From Gekko japonicus (lineage: Eukaryota), in assembly GCF_001447785.1 (NCBI RefSeq), contig NW_015167655.1, positions 13,602 to 77,601 on the forward strand: DNA of 64,000 nucleotides, given 5' to 3'. Positions 35,813 through 48,383 of the stretch are shown here, piece after piece. A model generated the notes under the pieces. It saw only the letters and a list, made by a program, of their open reading frames with translations, was not told the origin of the DNA and ran no database searches. Positions within the stretch are counted from its first letter, which is position 1. Every line of letters begins with the position of its first letter. A program made the translations under genes and the position numbers.

Positions 35813-38800
35813 AAAACCTCTTTCTCTTCTGGTTCTCGTTCTGGCCGTTCTTTACCTGCAGAGAGGCAGAGCGAGAGTTGGGACTCGGCCAGGTCCTTTT
35901 GAGATAGTGGAATTTGTGCTCATGTGGGCTTGTCCAGGGTGTACGCATCTTTTTGCACCGCAAAAAAGAAAATCTTGGTTCTGCCTGTTGGGGCGGTGGT
36001 TCACGTACTGCTACGAAGATGTCAGCGTGGTCATGCTGCTGTGGTAACAAGTCCATACCTATGATTGCTCTCTTGAAGTATCTGAAGGGCTGTCCCTTTT
36101 AGAGGAGGGCAGGGAGCTGCTCCTGCTGGCAGCAGAGGACAGGACTCCCAATAATGGGTTTAAATTAAGAGCGGGAAGGTACCGGCTGGATATTAGGGAA
36201 AACTTTCTGACAGTAAGACTTGTGCAGCAGTGGAATGGGCTGCCTAGGGGAGGTGGTGAGCTCCCCCTCTCTGGCAGTCTTGAAGCAGCGGCTGGACAAG
36301 CACTTGAAGCAGCGGCTGGGATGCTCTAGGGCTGATCCTGCATTGAGCAGGGGGATGGACTAGATGGCCTCTGTGTGGCCCCTTCCAGCTCTGGGATCCT
36401 ATGAAGCTGCCTTATCTTGAACCAGACAGTTTGTCCATGAAGGGCAGTCCTGTCTACTCCCGACTGGCCGCCGCTCTCCAGGGTCTCAGGCAGAGGTCTT
36501 TCACATCACCTCCTACCTGCTCCTTGAACTGGAGATGTCGGGGATTGAACCCGAGACCTTCATGCCAAGCAGATGTTCTACCACTGAGCCATGCCCCCCC
36601 CCCCCCAGCACCCTGGCTCTCATGGTAAGGGAGGGTGTGTGTGAGTCATCTGGTCTGCTCAGAGTCTTGTGTACGGCTTCCTGCCAAGTGATGAGGGGTG
36701 AAATATTTGGCAGAAGCTTGTACAGAGCCAGTTTGGTGTAGTGGTTAAGAGCGGCGGACTGTAATCTGGAGAACTGGGTTTGATTCCCCACGCCTCCTCC
36801 ACATGCAGCCAGCTGGGTGACCTTGGGCCAGTCACAAGTTCTCTCAGAGCTCTCTCGGCCCCACCTACCTCACAGGGCGTCTCTTGTGGGGAGGGGAAGG
36901 GAAGGAGGCTCTGAGTGAAGGGCAGGATATAAATCCAACCCTTCTTCCGACATGCCCTCAGGGGGGGATCCTGCTGCAGTCCCTCCCACACATGGGCGAC
37001 ATACAGAGGGGGGAGAGCACTTCCATCCCCACCAGAGGGACCGATGACTGGATTGCTGTACTGTGGCTCAGCCCTGGCCCTGGGTGGCTCAGGCTAGCCC
37101 AGTCTCAGTTAGTACTTGGGCGGGGAGGCCACCCAGGAAGTCCGGGATTGCTACGCCTTGGCAAACCACCTCTGAACGTCTCTCGCCTTGAGAACATCAT
37201 GCGGCCGCTGCGACGACTTGACAGCGTTGTCCTCCGCCACCCACCAATTCAGTGTGACTGACGTCGAACCCTGGGGACAGCGGATTAAAACAGCTGCGAC
37301 TACTTGACAGCGTTGTCCTCCGCCACCAACCGATTCAGTGTGACCAGTGTTCCCTCTAAGCTGAGTTAGCGTGAGCTAGCTCAGTTTTTTAGCCTCTGGC
37401 TCACACATTTTTGTCTTCGCTCAGGAAGGATGACTCCAGAGCAACCTAATTTATGCAGCTGCCAAACTGCTCGCTTTGATGCCAGTTGCTCACAAAGTAG
37501 AATTTTTGCTCACAAGACTCCACAGCTTAGAGGGAGCATTGAGTGTGACTGGCGTCGAACCCTGGGGACAGCGGATTAAAACAGGAGGGCACCTCACCTG
37601 CCTTTTCATGACACACTGCTGCTTTTCTGGGTAGGAGGGAAGGGCGAGGCTGTCTCCCCCCCCCTTTTGTGTGGCTGAAGAAATTGGAACTGGTTTCCTA
37701 AACGTCTCTAAAACACGAGACTTTAGCTTTGAGAGGGAGTTGCCGTGTTTCTGCTCCTGCTCAGGGTCATCCCACAGAACCGCAGCGGTGGCTGATTCAA
37801 GGGCAGGCAATGTTACTTCGCCACACGCTGCCTAATCTATGGAATTCACTGCTCAGGATGGACTCCAACTTACATTGCTCTAAAACTGGGGTAGTTTCAT
37901 TTAGGATCGGGCTATCACTTACTGGGCCTGAGCACGCAAAAGCGACCAGGGCTCTGCACATTTTTCACAATCAGAGGGCCAAACTATTAGAATTCAGAGC
38001 AAGAGGTCAGCAGAGAGCTAGTATAATATGACCCGTTTGCACAAATGATATATATATTACTAGTCAACACTGGTTGTTGTGAGTCCTATATTAGGCAATG
38101 GCATACATGATAACACACAGATAATGAATACACACAGGAGCACCCTAGTTGGTCATTTCCCTACCTGTAAAGTACTTTCAAGAAGCATTTCAGGCCCATA
38201 AAAAGTCTTTGCCTGCCCTTCCCCCTCCACAGCTGGTTATTTTAACACTGCAGACCCCTAAAATAGACCATCCACCTTCAGAGGCAATCTACCACTAAAT
38301 ATTATTGGGGGTGGGGGGAGAAGAGGGCTATTGCTTTTCTGCCCTACAGCATCATGGGAAAACTTCATGCTGGAAGACATGGGCCTGATCCACAGGGCTG
38401 CTCCTATTAAGCCACATAGTTCCAGAATATTTTAAGAGGAGGAAACAAAACAGAACTTGTTACAGGCACAGAGTCAATGGGGTGTGGGAAAAGACATCAT
38501 CCAAAAATAAGAGCTCCCCCTTGTCTCAGTTTGTAGCCTCTGATATCACATGCTGTTTATGCCTCCTAACTTAAGTCTGGTTTATTTTGAACGAAGTTGG
38601 GTTTTTTTGGTACAAGATAGTTTTTTATTATTCAGAAGAACACAGACTCTGTACTCTTCAGGTGGGACAAAGCAGCCTAACATTGGCTGTATGAAAACAG
38701 AAAAGAAAAACAGTCAATTGAAAGTGAGAGGAAGATGCCAGTCGCGCTCCTTCTGTTCAGGTACGCTGCCACCATCAGCACCGACCTCCGGAGTTTCTTC

Positions 38801-38892
38801 TTCCTAACTTCTTACTGTTCTCCTGTAGGTGGCATAAAGCAGTGCTGAACAGAGAGACGGGTGGGTGACTCCTGCCAGCAGGGTGATGCCGC

Positions 38893-38960
38893 TCATTCCC
38901 CTTTCCGCTTCTGTTTCCCAACTGGGTCAGCAATCACTACAGCACCCCAGGCGACAAGAC
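38893..38960 (-). CDS. DMAC1: Distal membrane-arm assembly component 1 (TMEM261), coding exon 2
   Basis: (S)LVAWGAVVIADPVGKQKRKGE* matches recalled human IATWGIVVMADPKGKAYRVV. Phase 1 fits exon 1. Acceptor gttgttCTAG. AATAAA on - strand at 38624-38629 and 38581-38586. Confidence 0.88.
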
Positions 38961-38964
38961 CTAG

Positions 38965-39234
38965 AACAACAACAACAGGAGATTGGATTTATACCCCCAC
39001 CCTTCACTACCCAAAGGAGTCTCAAGAGTGACTTACAATCTCCTTCCCCTTCCCCTCCCCACAACAGGCACCCTGTGAGGTAGGTGAGGCTGAGAGAGCT
39101 CTCTCGAGAACAGCTCTGAGAAAACCTGTGACTGACCCAAGGTCACACCAGCAGCTGCGTGTGGAGGAGTGCGGAATCAAACCCAGTTTTCCCAGATTAG
39201 AGTCCGTGCACTCCTAACCGCTGCACCAAACTGG
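38965..39234 (-). mobile_element. tRNA-derived squamate SINE (Squam3-like); other copies at ~36725-36945, 47728-48002, 53405-53764, 54420-54713, 60335-60624, 62402-62638
   Basis: Head ccagtttggtgcagcggttaggag...gggtttgattcc (A/B boxes), body ...cctacctcacagggtg..., tail tataaatccaatctc(ctt/gtt)n. Confidence 0.85.
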
Positions 39235-39589
39235 CTAGGAGAACAGAGGGAGGATGTCAGCAGCGGAGAAGTACATTTGTTTAATGGCCTTCACCCCACC
39301 TCTCCATCCAAAGACCACTAAGGTAGCATAATTTTTAAAATGAACGTTACATAGTAAAACAAGGCACCCTGACCCTGCTGGCCCCATCTCAGAAGTTAAA
39401 CAGAGTTGGCCCTGGTCAGTATTTGGACGGGAGACCACCAAGGAATACCAGGGTTGTTACGCGGAGGCAGGCAATGGCAGACCACTGCGCAATGTCTCCT
39501 GCCTTGAAAACCCCATGGGGTCGCCCTAAATCAGCTGTCATTTGACGGCACACACACAAAAAAGTAAAACAAGGTGCCTCTCTCATAAG

Positions 39590-39986
39590 CAGGGGTCATT
39601 TCCTGCAGGAGCACACAGGAGCGGAGCTCCGGCAGTAAAGAGCCCAGGGGGTGGGCACATGCAACAAGCCCCACCCCCTGCTCCCAGCAGCCCTCCGTCA
39701 GGGCCAGAAGCAGCCAGGTAAGTTGCAGAGGCCCTCCCCCCGGCCCAAAACAGTCCAGTGGCACCTTTAAGACCAAGTTTTATTCAGGTACAAGCTCTCC
39801 CTCCTCTCTCTGAGGACAGATCTGCACGTCCCCCCCCCAGCTAGCAATCCAGTGGAGCCTGAGTGGCGGGTGTTGCCTTCTGATACACTTCCGGTGATGT
39901 CAGGGGGTGTGGCATATGCAAATAAGTCATGCTAATGAGTTATGCTAATGAGCTCCTGCACCTCTTTTTCTACAAAATGACCCCTG
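39590..39986. mobile_element. Same hAT MITE family as 37-333, opposite orientation
   Basis: TIR CAGGGGTCATTT and 8-bp TSD ctcataag. Confidence 0.85.
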
Positions 39987-40438
39987 CTCATAAGCAACAA
40001 ACCCCCCCCCCCCAGAAGTGGAGGGAGGACTTGACTATTCTCATCCAACTGAATGCCAGCTGAAAAGCGGCTTTTGCAGGGTGTTCCAAAGGTTTGGGGC
40101 GATGTGGAGAGATATGTGGAAGCTTCCTGTGACACCTAGAACACAAGCCAAACTCCCTCGAGATTCACAGGCCCGGATTATGGTCGGAGGGAACGTAATC
40201 CAGCCATTCCATTAAAGCACAGAAGGGCTGAGCCTGGCCAGTGTGTGGCTAAGAGACCTCCGAAAATCAGCCTTAAATTCCACAGAAGAAAGGCAGGATG
40301 TGAATCTCCCACCCCAAGGTAAGCCTGCTTTTCAGGGCACATAACCAGCAGAACAGACTTACAAGGGAAGAGACAGATATAAATCCTATGAAGAAAGGTT
40401 GAAGGAGCTGGGTATGTTTAGCCAGGAGAGGAGATGAC

Positions 40439-41330
40439 TGCTGGTGACCTTCCAACAGATGGGGCCACTGTTGCTGCTCAGAATTGTGGCCACGCTTGCT
40501 ATTTCCCTGAAGGGGCTCACTGGCAAAGCACCAGCTCTGCAAGCAGGGGGCCCTAGGTGTAACCCCACATCAAGGATCTCAAGCAGCAGATGCTGGCGAA
40601 GACGCTGGAGAGCTGCTGCCATCATTCAGAGGAAAGAATATGGAGTTTGAGGGATGAATGGACTCACTCATTAGAAGACAGCCTTATATTGAAGCAGTGG
40701 GAAAAATAAAATAAGCTCACCAAAGAAAACAGTTCTATTTAACACACTTGGTTGTACTTTTTATAATATTTACAATGCAAATTTCTTATGTCACACAAAA
40801 ATCATCCTTATGCAAAGTAATGTCTTTGGGAAGACATTAGAGAGATCATCAGCAAATTCCATTATTTAACAACAGATACTGACCGGGGGGGGGAGAGAAT
40901 TAGTATTTTGCTAGGGTAATCTGCCACTTCAACAGAGCTCTTAATGATCATGCTGGTGACCTTCCAACAGATGGGGCCACTGTTGCAATTGTGGCCACGC
41001 TCTCTATTTCCCTGAAGGGGCTCACTGGAGGAGGCCCTAGGTGTAACCCCACATCAAGGATCTCCAGCAGCAGATGCTGGGGAAGACGCTGGAGAGCTGC
41101 TGCCGTCATTCAGAGGAAAGAATACTGAGTTTGCGGGACGAATGGACTCACTCATTAGAAGACAGCCTTATATTGAAGCAGTGGGAAAAATAAAATAATC
41201 TCACCAAAGAAAATAGTTCTATTTAACACACTTGGTTGTACTTTTTATAATATTTATAATGCAAATTTCTTATGTCACACAAAAATCATCCTTATGCAAA
41301 GTAATGTCTTTGGGAAGACATTAGAGAGAT
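40439..41330. repeat. Direct duplication of ~400 bp (40439-40846 / 40951-41330) in the DMAC1 intron
   Basis: Both units begin tgctggtgaccttccaacagatggggcc and end gaagacattagagagat; several substitutions and small indels. Confidence 0.9.
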
Positions 41331-41929
41331 GTTGCGTTGATCCACATTATTGTCATTCCTGCAGTGCTCCGTCAAGAGATTGGTGATGAGCACCCAACAG
41401 AGAGATAGAGTTGATAAAGATATCCAAAACTGCTTGTTAATCCTAGGAAAGTGTCTTCTCTTTATCTCTTGTATTCCTTGGATTCACATTTTTAAACGAA
41501 GGAGTGATAAATGCTATTTAGGAGCTTGAAAAACGAAGACTTTTTAGTCTGCTTTTCCACTTCATAGCTCTATCAAGACGACTTGAAGAGAAAACATTCC
41601 AAAACAGTGTCAAGAATATTTGCATCAAGATTTTGTATTGTACTCACATCATTATCTACTGGCTTTGCCTATGTTTATGGCATGTACTTTACATAAGGAT
41701 GATTGTTGTGTAACATAAGAAATTTGCATTATAAAAAGTACAACCAAGGGTGTTAAAGTCATAGAACAGTGGTTTTCTTCGGTGAGCTTATTTTATTTTT
41801 CCCCATTGTATTCACACCAAAGCCTGTCTTGTTTTTGTTATATTAGAAGCAGGGCAGTCCAGTTCTGAGCTGAGTCCTTTAATTAGGATCACACAGGAAG
41901 GAAGGAAGCCCCTCACCTTGATACAGCTG

Positions 41930-42245
41930 ATCTGGCCACCTGGATCCATGCCATGGTGACACTGAGACTAGACTACTGGAATACACTGTACATTGGTCTG
42001 CCCTCAAAATCAATTTGGCAATGCCAGTTGGTGCAGACTAGCACAACTTGGCTACTAGCGGGAGCTAGATGGAGCACGCACATTATTCCCATTCCACAGT
42101 CACTCCCCTGCCTGCCATCAGTTACCAGGCTCAATTTAAAGTATTCGCTATCACATATAAAGCCCTTCATGGCCTTGGGCCCTCCTATCTGCAAGACTGT
42201 CTCTCCCTGTATGCCCCATCACAACAGATTCACTCATCTGAGTGC
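41930..42245 (+). mobile_element. L2-like LINE 3' fragment
   Basis: RLDYWNTLYIGLP...QLVQ...HIIPI, then frameshifted QAQFKVF..TYKALHGLGPSYLQD, typical of the L2 RT tail. A related piece is at ~31820-32110. Confidence 0.75.
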
Positions 42246-43582
42246 CTTCTGCAAACAATTTGGATGTTGGGGGGGGGGGTATTTGTGAATTTCCTGCACC
42301 GTGCAGGCGGCTGGACTAGAGGACCCCTGGAGGTCCCTTCCAACTCAATGATTCCGCCAACCTGTAAATGGACGAAATCAACAACTGCCCTTTACCTGTG
42401 CCTTCTCTGTTGGCCCCCCCCCCACCTTGGGGAATGGCCTGCCTGCGGAGTTCAGGAAGGCTCACCACTCTCCTGGCTTTCTGCAAACGATGCAAAACTG
42501 AATTATTCCAGAGGGCTTTTCTATGCAGACAATACGGTGGCACTAGAAAAGAGCAAGAGTTCAGTAGCAGCCTCAAGACTAATTAAATTTGTGGCAGGGT
42601 AGCACTGTGACTGTCACAAAGTTGCTTGGATGAATTATTGGGGACTCTGGTCTGTACCACTGTGTATAGTTTGCCGTGGGTTGGATCCTGTTGTGCAATT
42701 TTGCATCATTTAATGTGTCGTGCTAACACCTCCGCTTTGCTTCAGGTCTGGTTTTTAGACTTCTGGCTCATTCTACAACCCTAATCCCATTTCATTATTT
42801 ACTGAACATCTCATCCTACTGATGGTATTGATTCACCCCAAGTAATCCACCTTGAGTCCCGGTGAGAAAGGCAGGCTATAAAGAACTTAAATAAAACAAC
42901 CCCCTTGACCTCACACACTTACTGATGAATACTTTGGGAGGAATATCTGACCCCCAACCAACACTAACCTCAAAGGACTGGCACTTCTAGGCAATCAAGC
43001 TAACGGTTCATGTTTATTATTCAGAGGCTGGATATAAAATAGATTCTTGAATACACCCGTCATGTTAAATCTATGTTACAGTACAATACATCAAAAGCAG
43101 CAAGAAAAGAAAAAAAGTACCAGTAGCAGAACTGACTGGAGAAGAGATGCCATTAAGTGACTCAAGAAAAGGAGCCCAGCCACATGATACCCTTGACACA
43201 AATGCTGATTTACTAGATTCTGTTTATGGTTTGGAAATGGGAATTACGACGCAATAAAGCAAACCGATCCAGTAAATCAACATTTGGAGCAGCTCAACCC
43301 ACAGTTGTTTATTATAGCAAACCAGGTTACAGCTTTACCTCTCAGTACTAAAGACTGGGAACAAATGATAACGGAAAACTTTGCGTTCTGCTTGCGGGCT
43401 TCCCCGAATCATCTGGCTGAAGTGGAAATAAGACGCTAGGACGACCCTGGACCTGACCCAGCAGGGCTCTTCTCCTGTCCCCCTCCCCCCCCCCGCCCCT
43501 AAAAACCTTATTTAACTTGGAGTTCCAAATGTGGCCTAAGTCGTACGACGAGAAGAAAAATGCAGATTCGCACATGCTTAGA

Positions 43583-43789
43583 GCAGTGTTCCCTCTAAGA
43601 TGAGTTGGTGTGAGCTAGCTCTCAGTTTTTTAGCCTCTGGCTCACACTGTTTTGTCTCAGCTCAGGAAGGAGGGCTCCAGAGCAAACTGATTTATGCAGT
43701 AGGCAAATCGCTTGCTCACAACTTTAATGCCGGGAGCTTACAAGGTAGAATTTTTCCTCACAAGACTCCACATCTTAGAGGGAACATTG
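43583..43789. mobile_element. ~205-bp hAT MITE, complete copy (others at ~3950-4154, 37345-37541, 48536-48741, 55568-55773, 58276-58481)
   Basis: TIR CAGTGTTCCCTCTAAG; 8-bp TSDs gcttagag (here), gttaccat, gttgtgac and agtgtgac at other copies. Confidence 0.85.
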
Positions 43790-43886
43790 GCTTAGAGGCA
43801 CTATTTGCCATCTTGTCTCAATGCCACGCCCAGACGGTGAGGCCAGTGGAGTAGAGGCTCTTGACCCACCGCCCTCCCGCACTTAC

Positions 43887-44082
43887 TGATGGCGAAAGTC
43901 ATCTGGGTGATGTGCCACATATTGGGGGGGATCCCCTGCTGCATGACCCTGCGAGGGCCCAAGTACACCCAGATGCCGGAGCCGATCAGCGCCAGCCCGC
44001 TCAGAAGGCGGCAGCCCCAGCAGGACCCGAAAAGGGGCTTGTGGGGGGCTGGAGGAGCAACCTCTGTGGAGTTGGACGACAT
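43887..44082 (-). CDS. DMAC1: Distal membrane-arm assembly component 1 (TMEM261), coding exon 1
   Basis: MSSNSTEVAPPAPHKPLFGSCWGCRLLSGLALIGSGIWVYLGPRRVMQQGIPPNMWHITQMTFAI versus recalled human ...CWSCRVLSGLGLMGAGGYVY...PPSPWTITQM. Donor CA|GTAAGT. Total 264 nt = 87 aa. Confidence 0.9.
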
Positions 44083-44094
44083 CGTTCCCCCCCT

Positions 44095-44140
44095 TGGAAG
44101 AAAAATGGCGGCTCCCAGAAACACAGGAAGCGGCTCGTGT
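44095..44140 (-). promoter_or_regulatory. DMAC1 proximal promoter / 5' UTR motifs
   Basis: YY1 consensus (AAAATGGCGGC, 44102-44112) and an ETS-like CAGGAAG (44124-44130) just upstream of the ATG, as is typical of housekeeping mitochondrial genes. Confidence 0.5.
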
Positions 44141-46494
44141 AGAACAACGGAAACACGTTTATTTAGGACCGTCTATTACTGTTATTCCCTCTCTATGGAA
44201 GGACGTACTGTGTGCCATCATAATTAACGTCCGGGCAGCCGATTGCCTCCGCAGTCATCAGTTCTGCTTTATTAAATTGCTCTGTGCCGTAGCCAAAGTT
44301 GGCAGACTAAAGGAAATTTCAAACGGCGGGGTGGCGAGGCCAGGAGAGAAGAGACGACTCAGTGCCAAATTTGGGTTTGCTTCTCTGCACAGTCTACAAA
44401 ACATCCACGTGAAACAGCCTGTTGGATGTATATGTATAAATGCTTTTATAAAAAGTTGTAAACTTGTTCACAAAAGCAAGGGAAAACGTCTGTGATCTTA
44501 AGAGACTGAGCACAACACCTAAATAGGATCAAGAATGATTGGTGGGCAGACCAAAGTTGGCATAGAGAGAGGGCACTTAAAGCATGTGGAATGGTAAGAA
44601 CCGGTACCTTGAACTGAACTGAGAAGCCATGCAGCTGTTTCAGCAACAGCATACATTTGTAAGGACTTGAACACGTAAGGCAGCCAGTGGTTGTACTTTG
44701 CCCTATTTGAAATATCCAAATATTTACAAGGACAGCCCATCCTGGAGCTGAATATTCTACATGGGTATTTCTGTGATTTTAATCTCCCCAAAATGATCTA
44801 ACTTTGCAGAAATTCAAAGGGGGTACTACTGTCATTATTACTATCAGAAGATATTTCCAGCTATTTCTTCTTCCTCGTGTTCTTAATATATTGGGCCCCA
44901 TTGCTGAGTGAATGCTCAAGTTCCTTCCTCCCCAAGTCGTCTTTAGGAGCCAGACCACAATTAGAGCACACACATATCGAGCACCCTCACCCCTATATAC
45001 AATAGCTGTTCCACCTATCTGTTCCCCAGGGGTAGCCCACTTTCTGCCATCTGTTCCTAAGAAATGGGAGTCCCACTTTTGGCAAAATCCTCCTTTTAAA
45101 ACAGTTCCTTCTCTGCCGACAGATGCTGTTCTTCGTGCTCCCTCCCCCTCCCCTTCCAAGTGGGAGGCTGATGCATCTTCAGTGCAGATGAGCTGTCTGA
45201 ACAACAACTGGCCAAATAATCCATGTTATCGTTTTACCGTTGCTAACGGTTTACGTACCTTTGCTTTATTGTATCCCTGTCATTTTTGTCATAAACCACA
45301 CCGGGCATATTTTATGGGGAAAACATTTTTATAAACTGTAAGAACAGCAGAAGAGCCCTGCTGCAGGGTTGCCAGCCTCCAGGTGGGACCTGGAGACCTC
45401 CCACTATTACAGTGGATCTCCAGACAACCAAGATCAGTTCCCCTGGAGAAAATGGCTGCTTTGGAAGGTGGGCTCTGTGGCACTGGACCCTGCTGAGGTG
45501 CTTCCCCTCCTCAACCCGGTCCTCTTCTGGCTCCACCCCCCGTTTCCCAGGAATTTCCATACCCAGAGTTGGCAACCGTCAAGGATCCATCTCCTCCCGT
45601 ATCCAACACTGACCAGCCAGATGCTGCAGGGAAGCCTGCAATGGGGATCTGCTGGCTGCTCTGAATCCGGTAATTGCATTGTTGTCGTGAGTGTGACGAA
45701 GAGCCAGTGATAGACCTACCCTCCACCCTCCATTAACCTCCTGGCACAGTTTCTTCTCCCCGCTTTCCTTACAGCACTGTGGTGTATTTGTGCACTTTGC
45801 AGCTTGTCTTCAGCTCTTCTGCCGTCTTTCCTAGAGCTGCTTCACTGTGATTCACACATGGAATTCACTGCCACAGGAGGTGGCGGCGGCTACAAGCATG
45901 GACAGCTTCAAGAGGGAACTGGATAAACATATGGAGCAGAGGTCCATCAGTGGCTATTAGCCACAAGGTATAGATAGGAACTCACAGGCTGGGGCAGGTG
46001 ATGCACTGTATTCTTGGTGCTTGGGGGGGGGGCAACAGTGGGAGGGCTTCTAATGTCCTGGCCCCACTGCTGGACCTCCTAATGGCACCTGGTATTTTTG
46101 GCCATTGTGTGACAGAGTGTTGGACTAGATGGGCCATTGGCCAGATCTAACACTGGCTTCTCTTATGTTCTTATGATCTTATTTGGAAAGCTGGGGTCAC
46201 AGCCCATCTGAGGAGGTCAGGATTCAAGCCAGCTCTCCTGGCTTTCTGCAAACTATGCAAAACTGAATGATTCAAGACAGCTTTTCTATACTGGCGACAA
46301 GTGATTCACAGTTACTAAATGACTCACAGTCACTTAGGTAAGTTATTAGGGACTGTGGTCCATACTACTGTGTTTAGCTGACTGAAGCTGGGACCCTACT
46401 ATGTGATTTTTGTATCCAGGCCTGTAGCCAGAATTTCTTTGGCCGAGGGGGGCCATTTAAATTCCTCAGGGGGCAGCTAACTTAAAGTCCATCA

Positions 46495-47285
46495 AATTAA
46501 CAGAACAAATTTAGAGTCCGGTGGCACCTTTAAGACCAACAAAGGTTTATTCAAGGTATGAGTTTTCGTATCACACTTTTTCAAATACATTGGAATGGAA
46601 GGTAAGGTTCTAAACTTATAGACAGGGACTTAACAGCAAATTAACATGCAACATGATGATGTTTAAGTTATGCAAAGTGAAAAACTAATTTAGCTATCGT
46701 TATTTAGTTTTTCACTTTGCATAACTTAAACATCATCATGCTATATACTAATTTGCTGTTCATTCTCTGGCTATAAGTTTGAACCTCATCTGCCATTCCA
46801 ATGTATTTGAAAAAGGGTGCCTTGTGCACGAAAGCTCATACCTTGAATAAACCTTTGTTGGTCTTAAAGGTGCCACTAGACCAGTGGTGGCAAACCTATG
46901 ACACGGGTGCCAGAGGTGGCACTCAGAGCCCTCTCTATGGGCACCCGTGCCATCGCCCCAGCCAGGCCCAGACCATCATTAAAGTGTCGAATTCTCTGCC
47001 AAATAATTTTAAGTAAATGAAAGCATTTGGGATTGCTTTCCTTACTTTGTTTGGATCATCTTAAGTTAATGTATGAGTTGTTTTTTCTAAAGTAAAACCT
47101 CAGTATTCAGGACCTCAGCATTCAGGTTAAATTGCCGTGTTGGCACTTTGCAATAAATAAGTGGGTTTTGGGTTGCAGTTTGGGCACTCGGTCTCTAAAA
47201 GGTTCGCCATCACTGCACTAGACTCTAAATTTGTTCTGCTTCAGACCAGCACAGCTAACTACCTAGATCTATCTTCATCAAATTA
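46495..47285. mobile_element. Inverted pair of Penelope-like pseudo-LTR ends, interrupted by the hAT1-like MITE
   Basis: Arm gagtccggtggcacctttaagaccaacaaaggtttattcaaggtatgag... and its reverse complement. Shorter pairs of the same kind lie at ~47545-47715 and 52335-52515. Confidence 0.65.
46882..47215. mobile_element. hAT1-like MITE
   Basis: TIR CAGTG(G/A)TGGC(A/G)AACCT and perfect 8-bp TSD cactagac. Confidence 0.85.
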
Positions 47286-48383
47286 AGGTTAATTAATCGT
47301 GGAAAACAGGCGTGTGCATAGTTTCAGGTGGATCACCGGATTGGTCTGCATTAGAAGAGCAAGATTCGAGTCTAACAACACCGTAAAGACCCACAAGATT
47401 CCCAGGGTATCTGCTTTTAAGAGTCAAAGCTCCCTTCCATCAGACACGAGTAGGAATTGAGACCCCTGAGCCCTTCCATCTCAGTCAGAAGGCGGGAGAG
47501 GTGCTGCCAAGAAGGGAGTCCAGATGCAAAAGTGCAATGCAAAATATAGATCCAGGTGGGCACCTTTAAGACCAACCAAGCTGTATTCAAGGTATGAGCT
47601 CTTGTGTGCATGCACACTGTTTGTACCTGAAGTGTGTGTGAACACGGAAGCTCATACCTTGAATAAAACTTTGTTGGTCTTAAAGGAGCCATGGGACTCA
47701 AACTTTGTTCTAATGCAAAATATAATCAGAAGAAGAGATTGGATTTATACCCCGCCCTTCACTACCCGAAGGAGTCTCAGAGCGGCTTACAATCTCCTTT
47801 CCCTTCCCCTCTCCACAACAGACACCCTGTGAGGTAGGTGGGGCTGAGAGAGCTCTTTGAGAACTGCCCTTGAGAGAACAGCTCTGAGAGAACTTGTGAG
47901 TGACCCAAGGTCACACCAGCAGCTGCGAGCGGAGGAATGGGAAATCAAACCCAGTTCTCCCAGATTAAGAGTCTGGGCTCCTAACCACTACACCAAACTG
48001 GCTTAATTAGAGTACGGGAGAAACGCTTACGGGTAGGAAGTGCTTAAGAATAGGAAATGCTGTTCTTGTATGCCCTCACATGACCAAGAAACAGAACCAG
48101 GGCTTGGCTGGAAAGCACCCAGTGCAGCAGCTTTGCCAGAATGTTGCCAGTCTGAGTCTCTCCGGTGTCTGCCCAGGAGACCTCCTGCGAACACCGCATA
48201 AGCTGCCTTGAAGCAGAAATGCAAACACGACAAAACAGAGAACCCCAGAAGGCGGCTTTGCAGGTGGAGGGGGACCGGCCTGCAAGGCAAAAACAGTACT
48301 GATTTGGGGCAGCAGACTGGTGCCGCTTCTACTCTGCCAGCATCCCTGAACATCCTCCTTCATGCCCTGACCTGGAAGACCAA

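Noticed and set aside
36725-36800. tRNA-like sequences with A/B boxes (many copies)
   Set aside because: They are SINE heads with no intact cloverleaf or terminator, and are always followed by a SINE body.
43801-44124. 107-aa single-exon version of DMAC1 from the ORF track
   Set aside because: It starts at a non-ATG codon and reads through the GTAAGT donor; the spliced 87-aa model restores the conserved C-terminus.
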